A DNA stretch of 64,000 nt from Anthoceros angustus (taxonomy: Eukaryota; Plantae; Anthocerotophyta), in the NCBI GenBank assembly GCA_010909165.1, contig VJWM01000019.1:806001-870000 (forward strand), in the 5' to 3' direction. A program made the translations under genes and the position numbers. Shown piece by piece: positions 1-12,671 of this stretch. The notes beneath the pieces were generated by a model, which made no database searches, was not told the DNA's origin, and saw nothing but the letters and a program-made list of their open reading frames with translations. Positions within the stretch are counted from its first letter, which is position 1; the number at the start of each line of letters is the position of its first letter.

Positions 1-340
1 CCTCCATGGGACTCACTGCCTCGAATCTTGGTTCATTGGTGGTAGTGGTGATCTTGAATTTGATCACGATCCTTGCATTGACTGTGCGAAGGTGTGCGGT
101 TCTGCGGCATATCCGAATCTTACATTGATCGACTTCTTCTAACTCTTCGCATATCTGCCACTCATGCGTTGAGTTTACGCTGTGGGTGTTCTCTCTTGTC
201 GTCACAGTCCCTGCAGTGTTCGCCGTATTATCTCCTTTGTGTCGCTGTATTGGAAACTCGCCTTCTTCAAGCACTGATAGACGCATATCACCTCCCGCCT
301 TGCACATATCTATTTGTGTGGCCAGACCCACGTTCAACAG
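1..340 (-). CDS. pol linker / start of reverse transcriptase (partial, open to window edge)
   Basis: The frame continuing from DNMT motif X stays open to base 1: ...QWLLNVGLATQIDMCKAGG...HEWQICEELEEVDQC...KFKITTTTNEPRFEAVSPME. RT identity is inferred from position; no RT core motif is inside the window. Confidence 0.4.
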   Translation of the reverse strand, partial: MLNVGLATQIDMCKAGGDMRLSVLEEGEFPIQRHKGDNTANTAGTVTTRENTHSVNSTHEWQICEELEEVDQCKIRICRRTAHLRTVNARIVIKFKITTTTNEPRFEAVSPME

Positions 341-1155
341 CCATTGCAGGCAGGTCAGATCAAACGCTTGACCCAGCAGCTTGCATCGATATGTTTCAGA
401 AATGCCCCGCGTGATGGTCCCGTCCGCATCAAACCCCATGGCCCTTTCGCGCTCCATCACTGTGGGCTCACCTACCTCATTTCCAAGCGAGATCCACCAC
501 GGTGCCGTCCCCGCCTCTCCGAAAGGCATAAGATTGGGCAGTCCTTACGAGTGTGGGCCAGGCCCTTCTCGGCTTCCCAACCTTATTTACGGGAAATCGT
601 GGAGGTTTGTCCATCTTCCGCACCGGCTGTGAGCGTCTGCCCTTTTCTAAGATGTCATCCACATATCGTTTCTCTGGTTTGGTCAACTCACGGTGTTGCC
701 TGAGAACCTCTACACCGGTCACGTTTGTCCAAAAACTTCGCACCCGGTGGGCGTATGAGCCCGTTTGCGCAGCATCAATAATGAATTCCTCTCCTATCCA
801 ACTTCTGAGCTGCTCGTAGCCTCCTCACATGTTCACGCTTATCGAATGCTCCGCACATTCTCCGTACGTACGGCAAGTGGGATTGATTGTACTTCCTTGA
901 ATCCGATTATATGACCACTTCCACCGTCACCTTTCCACAACCGGCCGAAGCGTCACGCATTCCCATCCTGGCGGCATATCGACCGGGCACGCGCTTCGGT
1001 GTCGTTTCCCTACCAATCTGACGTCGTGGGGTAACCTGCTCTGACATCCCTTCACTGCCTCCATGCTTAGTAGTCCGGGATACGCCCTTTGCATCCTGAT
1101 AATCCTGGATTTGGCTACTGCACGTGTCTTCTCGTCCACTTCAACACACGTGTAT
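340..1155 (-). pseudogene. DNMT3-like cytosine-5 DNA methyltransferase, motifs II-X (frameshifted)
   Basis: YTCVEVDEKTRAVA (motif II), PHDVRLVGKRH (III), PVDMPPGWEC with catalytic Cys at 965-957 (IV), ENV at 862-854 (VI), IDAAQTGSYAHRVRSFWTNV at 779-721 (VIII; compare DNMT3A IDAKEVSAAHRARYFWGNL), EPTVMERERAMGF and RCKLLGQAFD (IX/X). Confidence 0.88.
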
Positions 1156-1330
1156 TGTTGAATAACGAAGGGTTATTTAATGTTTATAACCTACATTAGG
1201 GTTAAGTGTTTTAGGGTTACGAAAACACATTGTATATAAGACGCTTTGATTGCGATTAAATGTAGTAGTTGTTGTGTTCTTGCTTTCGTGTATTGTTTTA
1301 GTGTCTTGCACACATGCTCGTAAATTAGCA
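1156..1330 (+). repeat. Copia-1 5' LTR
   Basis: TGTTGAATAACG...GTAAATTAGCA, identical by eye to 17998-18172. Contains a TATATAA box (approx 1233) and TTAGGGTT motifs. Confidence 0.97.
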
Positions 1331-1341
1331 TGGTATCGAGT
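1331..1341 (+). promoter_or_regulatory. Primer-binding site (initiator tRNA-Met type, variant TGGTATCGAG)
   Basis: Starts immediately after the LTR CA; the canonical plant iMet PBS is TGGTATCAGAGC. Confidence 0.8.
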
Positions 1342-2214
1342 GTCTGTAGTCACATGGCGATTGTAGTCTAGATTCAATGCAATTGGCATTGTCTCACGCA
1401 TCCTAGCACAAGTACACTACAAGAAGGGCCGCACACCGATCATCTTTGGTGTAAGAACCGGGATGACACGGAGGAGGAGGTCTTTGGGTCCTCACGGCTT
1501 TAGGAGGAACAACAATCCTGCCCAAAGCCAAAGATCAGAAACGGGACATCAAGCTTCTTCAAGTGTCTTCCCACCACTTCGATGCACGGATGTTGAGTAC
1601 CATCGTGCTGAAGGGGCCAACCTCCCAACTCCTCGCGTGAATCCTGCACAAGAATTCAGAGAACGGGATGCAGCAATCAGATCTCGTGCTGATAGTGGCG
1701 AACTTCATCGGCAACTAATCTACATTAGAATTGCAGTATTGGAAGAACGCTGAGTCGATCAATTCTTCAGAAATCTTATACGAGTGACCGGGATGAATGT
1801 TGCTCGGCACCATTTACGATTTGCTCCAAGCCGACCAGCGTTCTAGCATCCCTGATGCCCACACTTGAGAGTTTGGGCTCCCTACCTTGCTGATGTTACC
1901 AGATCTGAAACGTCACAATCTTCAGAGGAAGGTGGTAACGAAAGGGCGCAGCTTTGCTTCCTGCCTGTTTTCTTCTTGACACGGAGGATGGTTGCAGCCC
2001 TACCAACAGACAACATCAGATAGACATGACGTTCCAAGTCTTGGGACATGTGACGGTTAGGGTAAAATTTATTTAATTAAGTTTAAGTAATCTTAAGTTT
2101 GGCATGACGGGATAGCGTTTCGTAGTAATGGGTGCATTGCTTACCTCCACGTCGTTTCGTGTGTTGTAGCAGCATGCCTATTGACAACTGCACCTGTTCA
2201 TTTCTGTATAGCAC

Positions 2215-3120
2215 ATGTCTGCTCTTGATCAACTTCTTGCTCAGTTTGCCGCACTTGATTTGACTGGTGGACCTGGAGCCATGAATACTGCAGCATCAAC
2301 CTCTTTCACAGTGGGATCTTCCTTTTCTGGTGACTTTAAGGAAAAAGATCGCTTCGATGGGAAGCCCCACCGATTTGAGAGCTGGCGTGCTCGAATGAAA
2401 GCCATTCTTGATGCCAGGGATGTTCTGGAGTATGTCGATGGCACTATTTCCAAACCAAAGATCTGACAACAAACCGACATAGATAAGTGGAAGAAGGGTA
2501 ACAAACTTGCATTTGCTATACTACTGTCAGGCCTCGATGAGGCCACAGTGACAGAAGTTGAATTTCTGCCAACAGCAGCAGAAGTCTGGACTCAATTGAT
2601 AGATACGTATCAAGTGAGGAATATTTTAACCCTTGTTGCTGCAAGGAATGATTTCTATGGACTCAGAATGAAGGATGGGGACATTATGGGTACTCACATT
2701 TCCCGCTTCCGCTACTTAAGACAACAGATAATACAGCTGGGAGGAACCGTATCTGATATAGACACTGTTGCACAGCTGTTGTCCAGTCTTCCTCAGTCCT
2801 ATCAAAATTTTGTGTCCACACAGAATGTAGCCTTACGAACGTCCATTGCCGCAGTCCAAGCTGGTGGTGTCTCCACACTCACTTTCAATGAGCTTGTGGG
2901 TGCTCTCTATCAAGAAGAGCAGTCACGCCAGCGTCCTTTGGTTCTGCAAAAGTCAGAACAGAGAAGGTTTTAGTTGCTTCTAAGAAACCTTTTGGGAAGG
3001 GGAAGGATAAGGGGAAGTCAGCCTCATCTGGAAATCCCAAAAGGCAAGGCAACTGCAATTGGTGCCAACTGCCTGGCCACTGGGAACGAGATTGTCATAA
3101 GAAGAGAGCTGATGAGGCTC
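2215..3120 (+). pseudogene. Copia gag with CCHC zinc knuckle (premature stops)
   Basis: DRFDGKPHRFESWRARMKAILDARDVLEYVDG, a stop at 2464-2466 with the frame continuing (AAEVWTQLIDTY...LLSSLPQSYQNFV), and CNWCQLPGHWERDC at approx 3055-3110. Confidence 0.9.
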
Positions 3121-3209
3121 GAAAGGAGTCAAAACCAGAAGCACATGTTGCTGAAAAAGGCAACAAGCCTTCAAGCTCTCAAAGTGTTCATAAGAGCAGC
3201 CTAACAGTT

Positions 3210-4128
3210 TTGACAGTCTGCTTGACTTCTTCGAGAGAAACATCTTCTCTCTGGTTCATTGACTCAGGGGCGACTTCACATGTGTGTAACAATCGCCATC
3301 TGTTCACTACCTTCACAAAACAGAAATCTCCACAGTCAGTGTATGTGGGAGATTCACGTGCTGTGGGAGTACATGGAAGTGGAACAGTAAAGGTACCTGT
3401 TTCTAGTGGGTTCACGTTGGAACTGCTGGATGTACTTTATGTTCCAGCTATGTCAAAGAACTTGCTGTCAATCAGAGCTCTCACTCAAACGTCAGAGTTT
3501 GCTTTTCGCTTTGAGAAGGACTCATGCTGTTTGTATAGTCTATTACAACCTAATGTGTGCTTAGCAAAAGGACTCCTGATTAATGACCTCTACCAGCTGT
3601 CTGTGGGATATCATAATCTGGCAGTAAATGTTACTACATCTAGGTCTCAAGCGAATCTATGGCATGCGAGACTTGGACATGTGAACAAGGTCAAGTTGGA
3701 CCTCATGTCCTCGGGTGACTACTACAAAGAGAAGTTACCTTCATGCTTCAAAAATCTTGCAGTATGCAAGTCATGTGTCCTCTCCAAACAGAAGGAGCTG
3801 CCCTTCAAGAACAAAACTGCTACAAGAGCGAATGATGTTCTAGGGTTGGTCCACATGGACATTGCTGGAAAGATGCAAGTGCCTTCATTAGGAGGAGCTG
3901 AGTATTACTTGTCACTTACAGATGACTTTAATAGATACACTTGGACCTTCCCACTCAAACTGAAAAATGAGGCCTTTGATAAGATAGCTTTGTGGATACC
4001 CATGGTACAAAGGCAGACAGGACGACTGGTCAAGTGCCTGCGATCAGACAATGGAGGTGAGTTTATAGGCCACAAATATGATTCACTACTTGAAGAGTAC
4101 GGGATCACAAGACAGCTGGCTGTACCTT
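3210..4128 (+). CDS. Copia protease, GAG-pre-integrase and integrase N-half (cut by the nested element)
   Basis: WFIDSGATSHVC, LWHARLGH, CKSC, VHMDIAG, DDFNRYTW, RSDNGGEF; ends at GITRQLAVP at the insertion point. Confidence 0.93.
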
Positions 4129-7100
4129 TGTGGCGCGACTTTTGCTGACGACCAGCCGGGCGCGCACAATCCCGTGTCGTTGTAGGGAGGAGTTCGTTCC
4201 CAAGGGAATGACAGACTCCGTTTGCAGCGTTTCAGGCGATTCTCGTCTTACTTTACGTCTGCTCAGTCCTAACGCACACACCCCTTAGTTCACGTCTAAC
4301 TACTCGCGACAAACACCGGGCGGTATGGCCAAGCGTTTGAGACCCGTTCGCGTCCGTTCCGTTCCCGTTCGTCTCTCACACCTCTCGTCCACTCCTCTCT
4401 CACACTACACTTATCGGTCTTAAGGGAAGACGCGCGGGTTACACAGTCCGGACCTCCTCCGTCGTTCCACCGGGCCTCTCCGTCCGGGCGCCGCACGCCC
4501 TCCCGAAGTCCCTCCGGCTCACACGTTCCGGTCCGTTCGGCGCTGGGTCGCGGCTCTGGACGAGCACGGGTCCCCAGTCACCACTCCCTGCACACACCAC
4601 AACACGTTAGGTCCGTCACCAGGACCCTGATCGATCCCTCCGGTCGTGCACCTTTCGGTGACTCGGGACTCACGTTATCGAAGACACACAAGTGCAAAGC
4701 GGCATCAACACCAAGGAAAGATGATTTATTGAGACCCTCTTATACTACGCCTAGGTCGGCGTCTTTATTACACCCCTATTACGGTGGCCATTTCGGTATG
4801 CCTAATCGGCCGCCTACCATCCTATTTCCCTCCTCCTATCTCCTTCGCGGCGGTGGGGGGAAGGTCCGGGTTCCGCCTTGGGATTGGTGGTCCAATCTCC
4901 GCCACGACAATTGCGGCGCGCAATCGGATGATCCGCGAGGCGGACCCTCCTTTCTCCGGAATCACATCGGGTTGGGCTCGGCGGTCGGCGGCCGTTACCA
5001 CAACGTCATCCTCCACAGCCTTCCGTGGGTCCCCTCGGTGGGGCCACCATGTCGCTCCCCTAGCGTAAGTCGAAGGGGCTCCTCCTTCTTCGAGTCGGAC
5101 CTCGAGGTCGGTCTCGACTCGAACTGAACTCCAAGGGTCGGTTTATTTCCCAGTCGGTGGGTCGGCCTCGTCTCGAGTTCGGACCTCGGTCCGTACTTAG
5201 TCCGAGGTCCCCAAACTCGGACCCCTTCACCATGGACCTCGTCTTGCTAGGTCCTCCTCCTTACCCAGACCCTTGTCTTGGTTGGGTTGGCTCCCCCTGC
5301 ACCCCTGCGGCCCTCACCCCCCCTCGGATCGGGTGGTGGTGAACTTACCTTGGGGTCCATTGCGTCCGCTCCTCTTGGGGCTCCCCTCCTTGTGCCGTCG
5401 TCTCCAAGCAGGGCCCCTAGGGTCCTGTCTTTGTCTCCGTGCCCTTCTTCCCCTCAAGGCCTTCCGGTCCGTTCGGGTCGCGGCTCGGGCGAGCACGGGT
5501 CCGATCACCCCTGCACACACCACAACACGTTAGGTCCGTCACGGGACCACGATCGATCCCTCCGGTCTTGTCGTGCACCTTTCGGTGACTCGGGACTCAC
5601 GTTATCGAAGACACACAGTGCCGCAGCAGCATCAACACCAAGGAAAGATGATTTATTGAGACCCTCTTATACTACGCCCGGTCGGCGTCTTTATTACACC
5701 CCTATTACGGTGGCCATTTCGGTATGTCGGCCGCCTACCATCCTATTTCCTCCTCCTATCTCCTTCGCGGCGGTGGGGGGAAGGTCCGGGTTCCGCCTTG
5801 GGATTGGTGGTCCAATCTCCGCCACGACAATTGCGGCGCACCCAATCGGATGATCCGGAGACCCTCCTTTCTCCGGAATCACATCGGGTTGGGCTCGTGG
5901 CGGTCGGCGTTACCACAACGTCATCCTCCACAGCCTTCCGTGGGTCCCCTCGGTGGGGCCACCTGTCGGCTCCCCTAGCGTAAGTCGAGGGGCTCCTCCT
6001 TCTTGCCGGGTCCGGACCTCGGTCGGTCTCGACTCGAACTGAACTCCAAGGGTCGGTTTATTTCCGTCCAGGCCTGGGTCGGCCTCGTCTCGGTTGGACC
6101 TCGAGGTCCGTACTTATTCGGTCCGATCTCAAACTCGGACCCCTTCACGGACCTCGTCTTGCTAGGTCCTCCTCCTTACCCCGACCCTTGTCTTGGTTGG
6201 GTTGGCTCCCCGGTTGCACCCCTGCGGCCCTCACCCCTGCGGATCGGGTGGTGGTGAACTTACCTTGGGGTCAGCTGCGTCCCGCTCCTCTTGGGGCTCC
6301 CCTCCTTGTTGCCGTCGTCTCAAGCAGGGCCCCTAGGGTCCACTGTCTTTGTCTCCGTGCCCTTCTTCCCCTCAGGGCCTTCCGGCCGTCTATTGGCGGT
6401 GAGAGAGGCCTCTGCCGGGAGCTCGGTGTGGTAATAGGCAAAGTCCGAATCCACTTGCTGGATTGCCTCTTCCACGTGTGCGGGCACTCCCTTAGCCATA
6501 GATGCTCGGGGCTGTTGCCCGCTTGTTGCTCCACCTCCCTTGAGTTTGATATGGGCCTGCTTCTCATGGTGCCAGTGCCTCGGTCACCTCCCATGATTTG
6601 TTGCTCCACTTGCTCCAACTCTCCGGTTCCGCCTTGGGATTGGTGGTCCAATCTCCCGCCACGACAATTGCGGCGCGCAATCGGATGATCGCGGCGGACC
6701 CTCCTTTCTCCGGAATCACATCGGGTTGGGCTCGGCGTGATCGGCGGCCGCCCGTTACCACAACGTCATCCTCCACAGCCTTCCGTGGGTCCCCTCGGTG
6801 GGGCCACGTGTCACTCCTAGCGTAAGTCGAAGGGGCTCCTCCTTCTTGCAGTCAGGACCTCGAGGTCGGTCTCGACTCGAACTGAACTCCAAGGGTCGGT
6901 TTATTTCCGTCCAGTGGGTCCGGCCTCGTCTCGGGTTCGGACCTCGGGGTCCGTACTTATTCTGGTCCGATCTCCAAACTCGGACCCCTTCACGGACCTC
7001 GTCTTGCTAGGTCCTCCTCCTTACCCAGACCCTTGTCTTGGTTGGGTTGGCTCCCCGGTTGCACCCCTGCGGGCCCTCACCCCTGGGGATCGGGTGGTGG

Positions 7101-10100
7101 TGAACTTACCTTGGGGTCCGCTGCGTCCGCTCCTCTTGGGGCTCCCTCCTTGTGCCGTCGTCTCCAAGCAGGGCCCCTAGGGTCCTGTCTTTGTCTCGTG
7201 CCCTTCTTCCCCTCAGGGCCTTCCGGGGCCGTCTGCGTATTGGTGAGAGGCCTCTGCCGGGAGCTCGGTGTGGTAATAGGCAAAGTCCGAATCCACTTGC
7301 TGGATTGCCTCTTCCACGTGTGCCGGAGCACCGTCTCCCGCCATAGATGCTCGGGGCTGTTGCCCGCTTGTTGCTCCACCTCCCGCCCGTTGGATATGGG
7401 CCGGGCTGCTTCTCGCGGTGCCGGTGCCTCGGTCACCTCCAGCGTCATTGTTGCTCCACTTGCTCCAACTCTCGTTCCGTTCATTGCCGGCTTGCACCGC
7501 CATAGCGTTCCCCTTCCGACTTCCTCGGTGGACGGCTTATACGCTTCCGGTGCCCTCGCCTCTTGTCCATTACATTAACTCCGCCATCTCCGCTCAGACG
7601 GTGGGCAACACGGCGGTGCGGGCTTCACCGGCCCTTTTCCATCTCGGCGTCACGCTCCTGTTCCATCGCCTTCGCTCGTCCCAGCAGGGCCGCTCTATTT
7701 CCGGTCGCGTTCGCGACCATATCCTGGAACTACCATTCCTCTCAATGATAGTTTGGGCTGACTCAAAGTCTCCTTGCGGTCCTCCATCTCCTGCGCTGCT
7801 CCACCTCCGGGCTGAGTGGAGATCCTCCATCTCCTTGTCGCGACTTCTTGGGCACAGGCTGGTCGCGCTTGCTCCGCCACCTCTGCTCCATCTTGAGGCG
7901 GTGGGCGCTCTATCTGCTCGAAGTCTGGATTCTCCCATTGAGAATTCCTTGCTGCTCAAGCCAGCGTCTTGGGTTGTAACTCCAAGGTGTCCTTCTTGTC
8001 CTCCAACTCCTGCCTCCTTCTACCTCTTGCAGGCGCCACAGGGTCCCGATTTCCGGGTCTTGGCCTCCGCCTCCTTGTTGCTCCACTTGCTCCACTTGCT
8101 CCAACTCCGCCTCCCTCGGCCTTGATTGGCGTGGCTCTCTCGGCCGCCTCCCTCCACGGTTCCGATCACGCCGATAGTGATCGCGATCGGCCGCCGTGGC
8201 CTCGCCTCCTTGGCCACCTTCACGAGCCTCTCCGGCTTGGCTCTGGTCGGTCATGCCTCCGCGGATCCGCGCCCGTTACGCTTGCGCCCGGGCGTCCTCC
8301 GCTTCTGCTGCGCTCGCCCCTCTGCTGCGAGGTCCTCCGCGCTTGGGCCTCCTTAGTGCCCGGTGCTCCTCCGGTGAAGGAATTTGGTCCGGTCCTTGCG
8401 GATGGACGGACCTCCCTCTCGGCCTCGGCGTTTCCCTCCTCAATCGGCCGAGGCTTGGCCTTCCTTCTCGCCTCACAGGCTCCCTCAGCTGCTCACGGAG
8501 GAGTACCATGCGCCTCGGGTGGCTTCTACCTCACAGGTCTTCTCGGCCATCCAGAGACCCCAGGCATCTGTCCATGGCGGTGGCAGGACCCCGCCGTGTT
8601 TCTTCCACGGCTGCTGATGAGGCTCCCACAAAGTCCGTGGCGGGGCCGGCATCTCCGATCGAGGACCTCCATACATTGTCAAGTAAGTCGGTGGGTTCTC
8701 GGACCTAATCGGGACCCTTAGGTCACAGTCTTGGCTCGGGCTTCACCCTCCTTGGCCCTTTTGGCGCGAGCTCCTTCTCCGCCTTTTCCTCCACAGGGCT
8801 CGGAGGAGGTGAGAGTCAGGAGCAAGCCTTTTGCCCCTTCACCAGACCTCGTCTTGCTAGGTCCTCCTCCTTACCCAGACCCTTGTCTTGGTTGGGTTGG
8901 CTCCCCGGTTGCACCCCTGCGGGCCCTCACCCCCTTGGCCGGATCGGGTGGTGGTGAACTTACCTTGGGGTCCATTGCGTCCGCTCCTCTTGGGGCTCCC
9001 TCCTTGTGCCGTCGTCTCCAAGCAGGGCCCCTAGGGTCCTGTCTTTGTCTCGTGCCCTTCTTCCCCTCAGGCCTTCCGGGTCCGTCTGGCGGCGGGGAGG
9101 CCTCAGCCAGGGCTCGGTGTGGTAATAGGCAAAGTCCGAATCCACTTGCTGGATTGCCTCTTCCACGTGTGCGGAGCACCGTCTCCCGCCATAGATGCTC
9201 GGGGCTGTTGCCCGCTTGTTGCTCCACCTCCCGAGTTTGGATAGGCTGGGCCGCTGCTTCATGGTGCCAGTGCCTCGGTCACCTCCAGCGTCATTGTTGC
9301 TCCACTTGCTCCAACTCTCGTTTCCGTTCATTTGCCGGCTTGCACCGCCATAGCGTTCCCCTTGACTTCCTCGGTGGACGGCGGCTTCTTGCCTTCGGCG
9401 CCCTCCTCCTTGTCCATTACATTAACTCCGCCATCTCCCGCTCAGACGGTGGGCAACACGGCGGTGCGGGCTTCAGCCCTTTTCCATCTCGGCGTCACGC
9501 TCCTGTTCCATCGCCTTCGCTCCGTCGCCAGCAGGCGCCGCTCTATTTCCGGTCGTTCGCGACCATGTCCTGAACTACCATTCCTCTCAATGATAGTTTG
9601 GGCTGCGGCTCAAAGTCTCCTTCGGTCCTCCATCTCCACCTTTGCTCCACCTCCGGGCTGAGTGGAGATCCTCCACCTCCTTGTTGCGACTTCTTGGGCT
9701 GGTTGGTCGCTTGCTCGCCACCTCTGCTCCATCTTGAGAGGCTGGGCGCTCTATCTCTGCAAGTCTGGATTCTCCCATTGAGAATTCCTTGCTGCTCAAG
9801 CCAGCGTCTTGGGTTGTAACTCCAAGGTGTCCTTCTTGTCCTCCAACTCCTGCCGCCTCCTTCTACCTCTTGCATTGCGCCACAGGGTCCCGATTTCCGG
9901 GTCTTGGCCTCCAGTGTTCTGCGGCTCGTCGTGCTTGCTCATGACCACTGCTCGGCCTTGATTGGCGTGGCTCTCTCGGCCGCCTCCCTCCACGGTTCGA
10001 TCACGCCGATAGTGATCGCGATCGGCCGCCGTGGCCTCGCCTCCTTGGCCACCTTCACGAGCCTCTCCGGCTTGGCTCTGGTCGGTCATGCCTCCGCGGA

Positions 10101-12671
10101 TCCGCGCCCGTTACGCTTGCGCCCGGGCGTCCTCGCTTCTGCGCTCGCCCCTCTGCTGCGAGGTCCTCCGCCGCTTGGGCCTCCTTGGCCCTTTTCCTCC
10201 ACCTCCGGTGAAGGAATTTGAAGTCCTTGCGGATGGACGGACCTCCCTCTCGCCTCCCGGCGTTTCCCTCCTCAATCCGGCCGAGGCCTTCCTTCTCGCC
10301 TCACAGGCTCCCTCAAGCTGCTCACGGAGGTACCATGCGCCTCGGGTGGCTTCTACCTCCACAGGTCTTCTCGGCCATCCCGAGACCCCGAGCATACCGT
10401 CCATGGCCAGTGGCAGGACCGCCGTGTTTCTTCCACGGCCGCCGTGAGGCTCCCACAAAGTCCGTGGCGGGGCCGGCATCTCCTGATCCGCCAAGGACCT
10501 CCATACCCTGTCCGGAGTAAGTCGGTGGGTTCTCCGGACCTAATCGGGACCCTTAGGTCACGAGTCTTTGGCTCGGGCTTCCCTCCTTGGCCCTTTTGGC
10601 GCGAGCTCCTTCTCGCCCTTTTCCTCCACAGGGCTCGGAGGAGGTGAGGTCAGGAGCAAGCCTTTTGCCCCTTTCGGCGGCAGGACCCGGCTCGTGTGTT
10701 GCAGTGTCCTCCGCTCACAGGCGCGTCCCTTTACGCCCTCCTTCTTGCCTCCGCTTCTTGCCACTCAGGTAGGCGGGGGGAAAGTCTTGGCACCGGCGAG
10801 GTGCGCGTTTAATGGTCTTGCGTCTCTTGGCTCCCTCACAGTCGGGGCTCCTCGGTAGGAGTGGTGGCGGTGGCGGGGCTGGGGTCGGTAGCTTTGCTTT
10901 CAGGTTGGGGCACCGGGGAGGAGGCGGGAATTTCTTCCATACTTCCACAGGTGGTGAGGGGTCCGTTCAGACGTATGGAGTCAATCCTCGATCGTCCTCC
11001 TCCGGTCCGTTTGGCTTTGACGATCGGCCTCCTCCCTCGGCGCCCTTGCCGCTCCACTTCCGGCGGGGCCTCAGTCCTTTCGGGCGCTCGCTCAAGCTCT
11101 CCTTCCTTGAGGAGCTCGAAATGCCCCCATACATGGATCGGTATGGGGCGGCCCAGATAAGGCTTCTCGGTCTGAGCTTGAGCCTCTGCTAAGCCGGCGA
11201 AAATAATCCTTCCCAGTCGCCCTCTTCCCATACTTCCCTGGGTGGTGAGGGGGTCCGTTCCAGACGTATGGAGTCCGGAATCCCCTCCCAGTCGTCCTCC
11301 TCCCGGGTCCGTTTGGCTTTCGACGATCGGCCTCCTCCCTCCGGCGCCCTTGCCCGCTCCACTTCCGGCAGGGCCTCCAGTCCTTTCCGGAGCGCTCGCT
11401 CAAGCTCTCCTTCCTTGAGGAGCTCGAAATGCCCCCATACATGGATCAGGTATGGGGCGGCCCAGATGTGAGGCTTCTCGGTCTGAGCTTGCGAGCCTCA
11501 CAGCTAAGCGAAAATAATCCTTCCCAGTCGCCCTCTTCCGCTGCGTAGCGTGCGGGGAATACCAGCAGTTATCACCAAGGTGATCCACCTTGGTGAGTAG
11601 GTTCGATGGACAATGATCCGGGCCACCGCCCTTACTCGGTCAGCGGTCGGATATCGACCAACCGTTGGTGGTCCGTTGCGTCGAGCCTCGGCACGCTGCT
11701 GTGGCGGCCCTATCTTCCCGCCTTGAGGGGCTCGGCACCCTCCCCTCTTCCTCCTTTGGGCGGTTGTAGGCGCCCTCGGGACCTCAAGGTCCATCGCCTT
11801 GGGTCCTCCGGAGGTTCTTGGACCGCACCTCCTTATTGACCGCCGCATCTTCGGGCGAACTCCGGACGGTGACTGTCAAATGTCGGACCATGGAACACAT
11901 CCAAATGCCACTCCTGCACCAATTCTCCGCTTCCTGGGCCGGGGCCCAAAGTCCGGATAGCGCGGGTCACAATGTTGCGCTCCACAAGGTTCCATGGCTC
12001 CCAAACTTCCATGAGCTTTTGGGTGCCATCGCCTTCTCCTCCCTTGGTTGCATGGCCGCTGGGAGGCTGGCAGCACGTTCGCCCTTCGTTGTTGCTCCAC
12101 CTCAGCGGTGAGCAGCGCGCGCGTCTGAGTGTCCACGAGATACGCGGCGGTTGCGGGCGCAAGAGATCGCGAAATTGTCTCGGTGCGCGCGAAATGACCT
12201 TCCCCTTGACGCTCCGGGAGTAACGGCGGGCGCCTCTTCCTGTCATGCGCGAGTGCATGGCAGCCGACCTTCGCCTCCGCTTACTGCGGCCTTACGCGCG
12301 CGTACTCGGCCTTCGCGCCGCGCGGTCGCGGCGTGAATACCGCTATAACGGCCTCACGGCAGTTGGTCTCAGCTGCATGCCGTTCTCCACTCGAGTTGCC
12401 GCGTGGCGTCGCTGGTCCTCCCGGCTCAACTCTGAGTTACTTTCACAGGCGTACTTATCACTGCGGTCACAGGTGGGTCCGGACTTATCCGTTCGTGGCG
12501 CCTACCATAGTAGGTCTGATGCGTTCCTCACTCCGGTCAGGAGTATACTCAGTGCCGTCAGTGCTACCATGCTTATTTCCCCTTTTTCGCCTCATTTTAT
12601 CCTTTACTCCTACAAAAAAAAAACAAAACCCTACCTATTTTCTAACCCCCCAAGGAAGTCCGTAGTCCACA
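4129..12671. mobile_element. TG..CA-ended insertion with 5-bp TSD, no LTR pair and no pol (giant solo-LTR-like or non-autonomous element)
   Basis: Starts TGTGGCGCGAC and ends GTAGTCCACA; TSD ACCTT at 4124-4128 and 12672-12676. Removing it rejoins Copia integrase as QLAVP/YTQQQNGVAERKN. A related terminus occurs at 63116. Confidence 0.85.
7200..12260 (-). pseudogene. Long frameshifted ORF of the nested element: plant-retroelement accessory-type domain plus coiled-coil region (internally duplicated)
   Basis: Fragments such as HLGDNCWYSPHATQRKRATGKDYF, KPYLGRPIPIHVWGHFELLKEGE, YNPRRWLEQQGILNGRIQ and EEAIQQVDSDFAYYHTELP recur in the duplicated blocks. Similarity to accessory ORFs of plant Gypsy elements is my impression, not a search result. 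Confidence 0.45.

Noticed and set aside
1415-1425. CACTACAAGAA resembling a CACTA terminal repeat
   Set aside because: It lies inside the Copia-1 leader, and I saw no inverted partner or 3-bp TSD.
4729-11471. Many plus-strand ORFs of 100-280 aa in the ORF track within the nested element
   Set aside because: GC-rich, Pro/Ser/Leu-biased antisense shadows repeated with the tandem duplications; no domain motifs.
4129-12671. DIRS/tyrosine-recombinase or Helitron identity for the nested element
   Set aside because: A 5-bp TSD and TG..CA ends point to a retroviral-type integrase; no YR or Rep/helicase motifs were seen.
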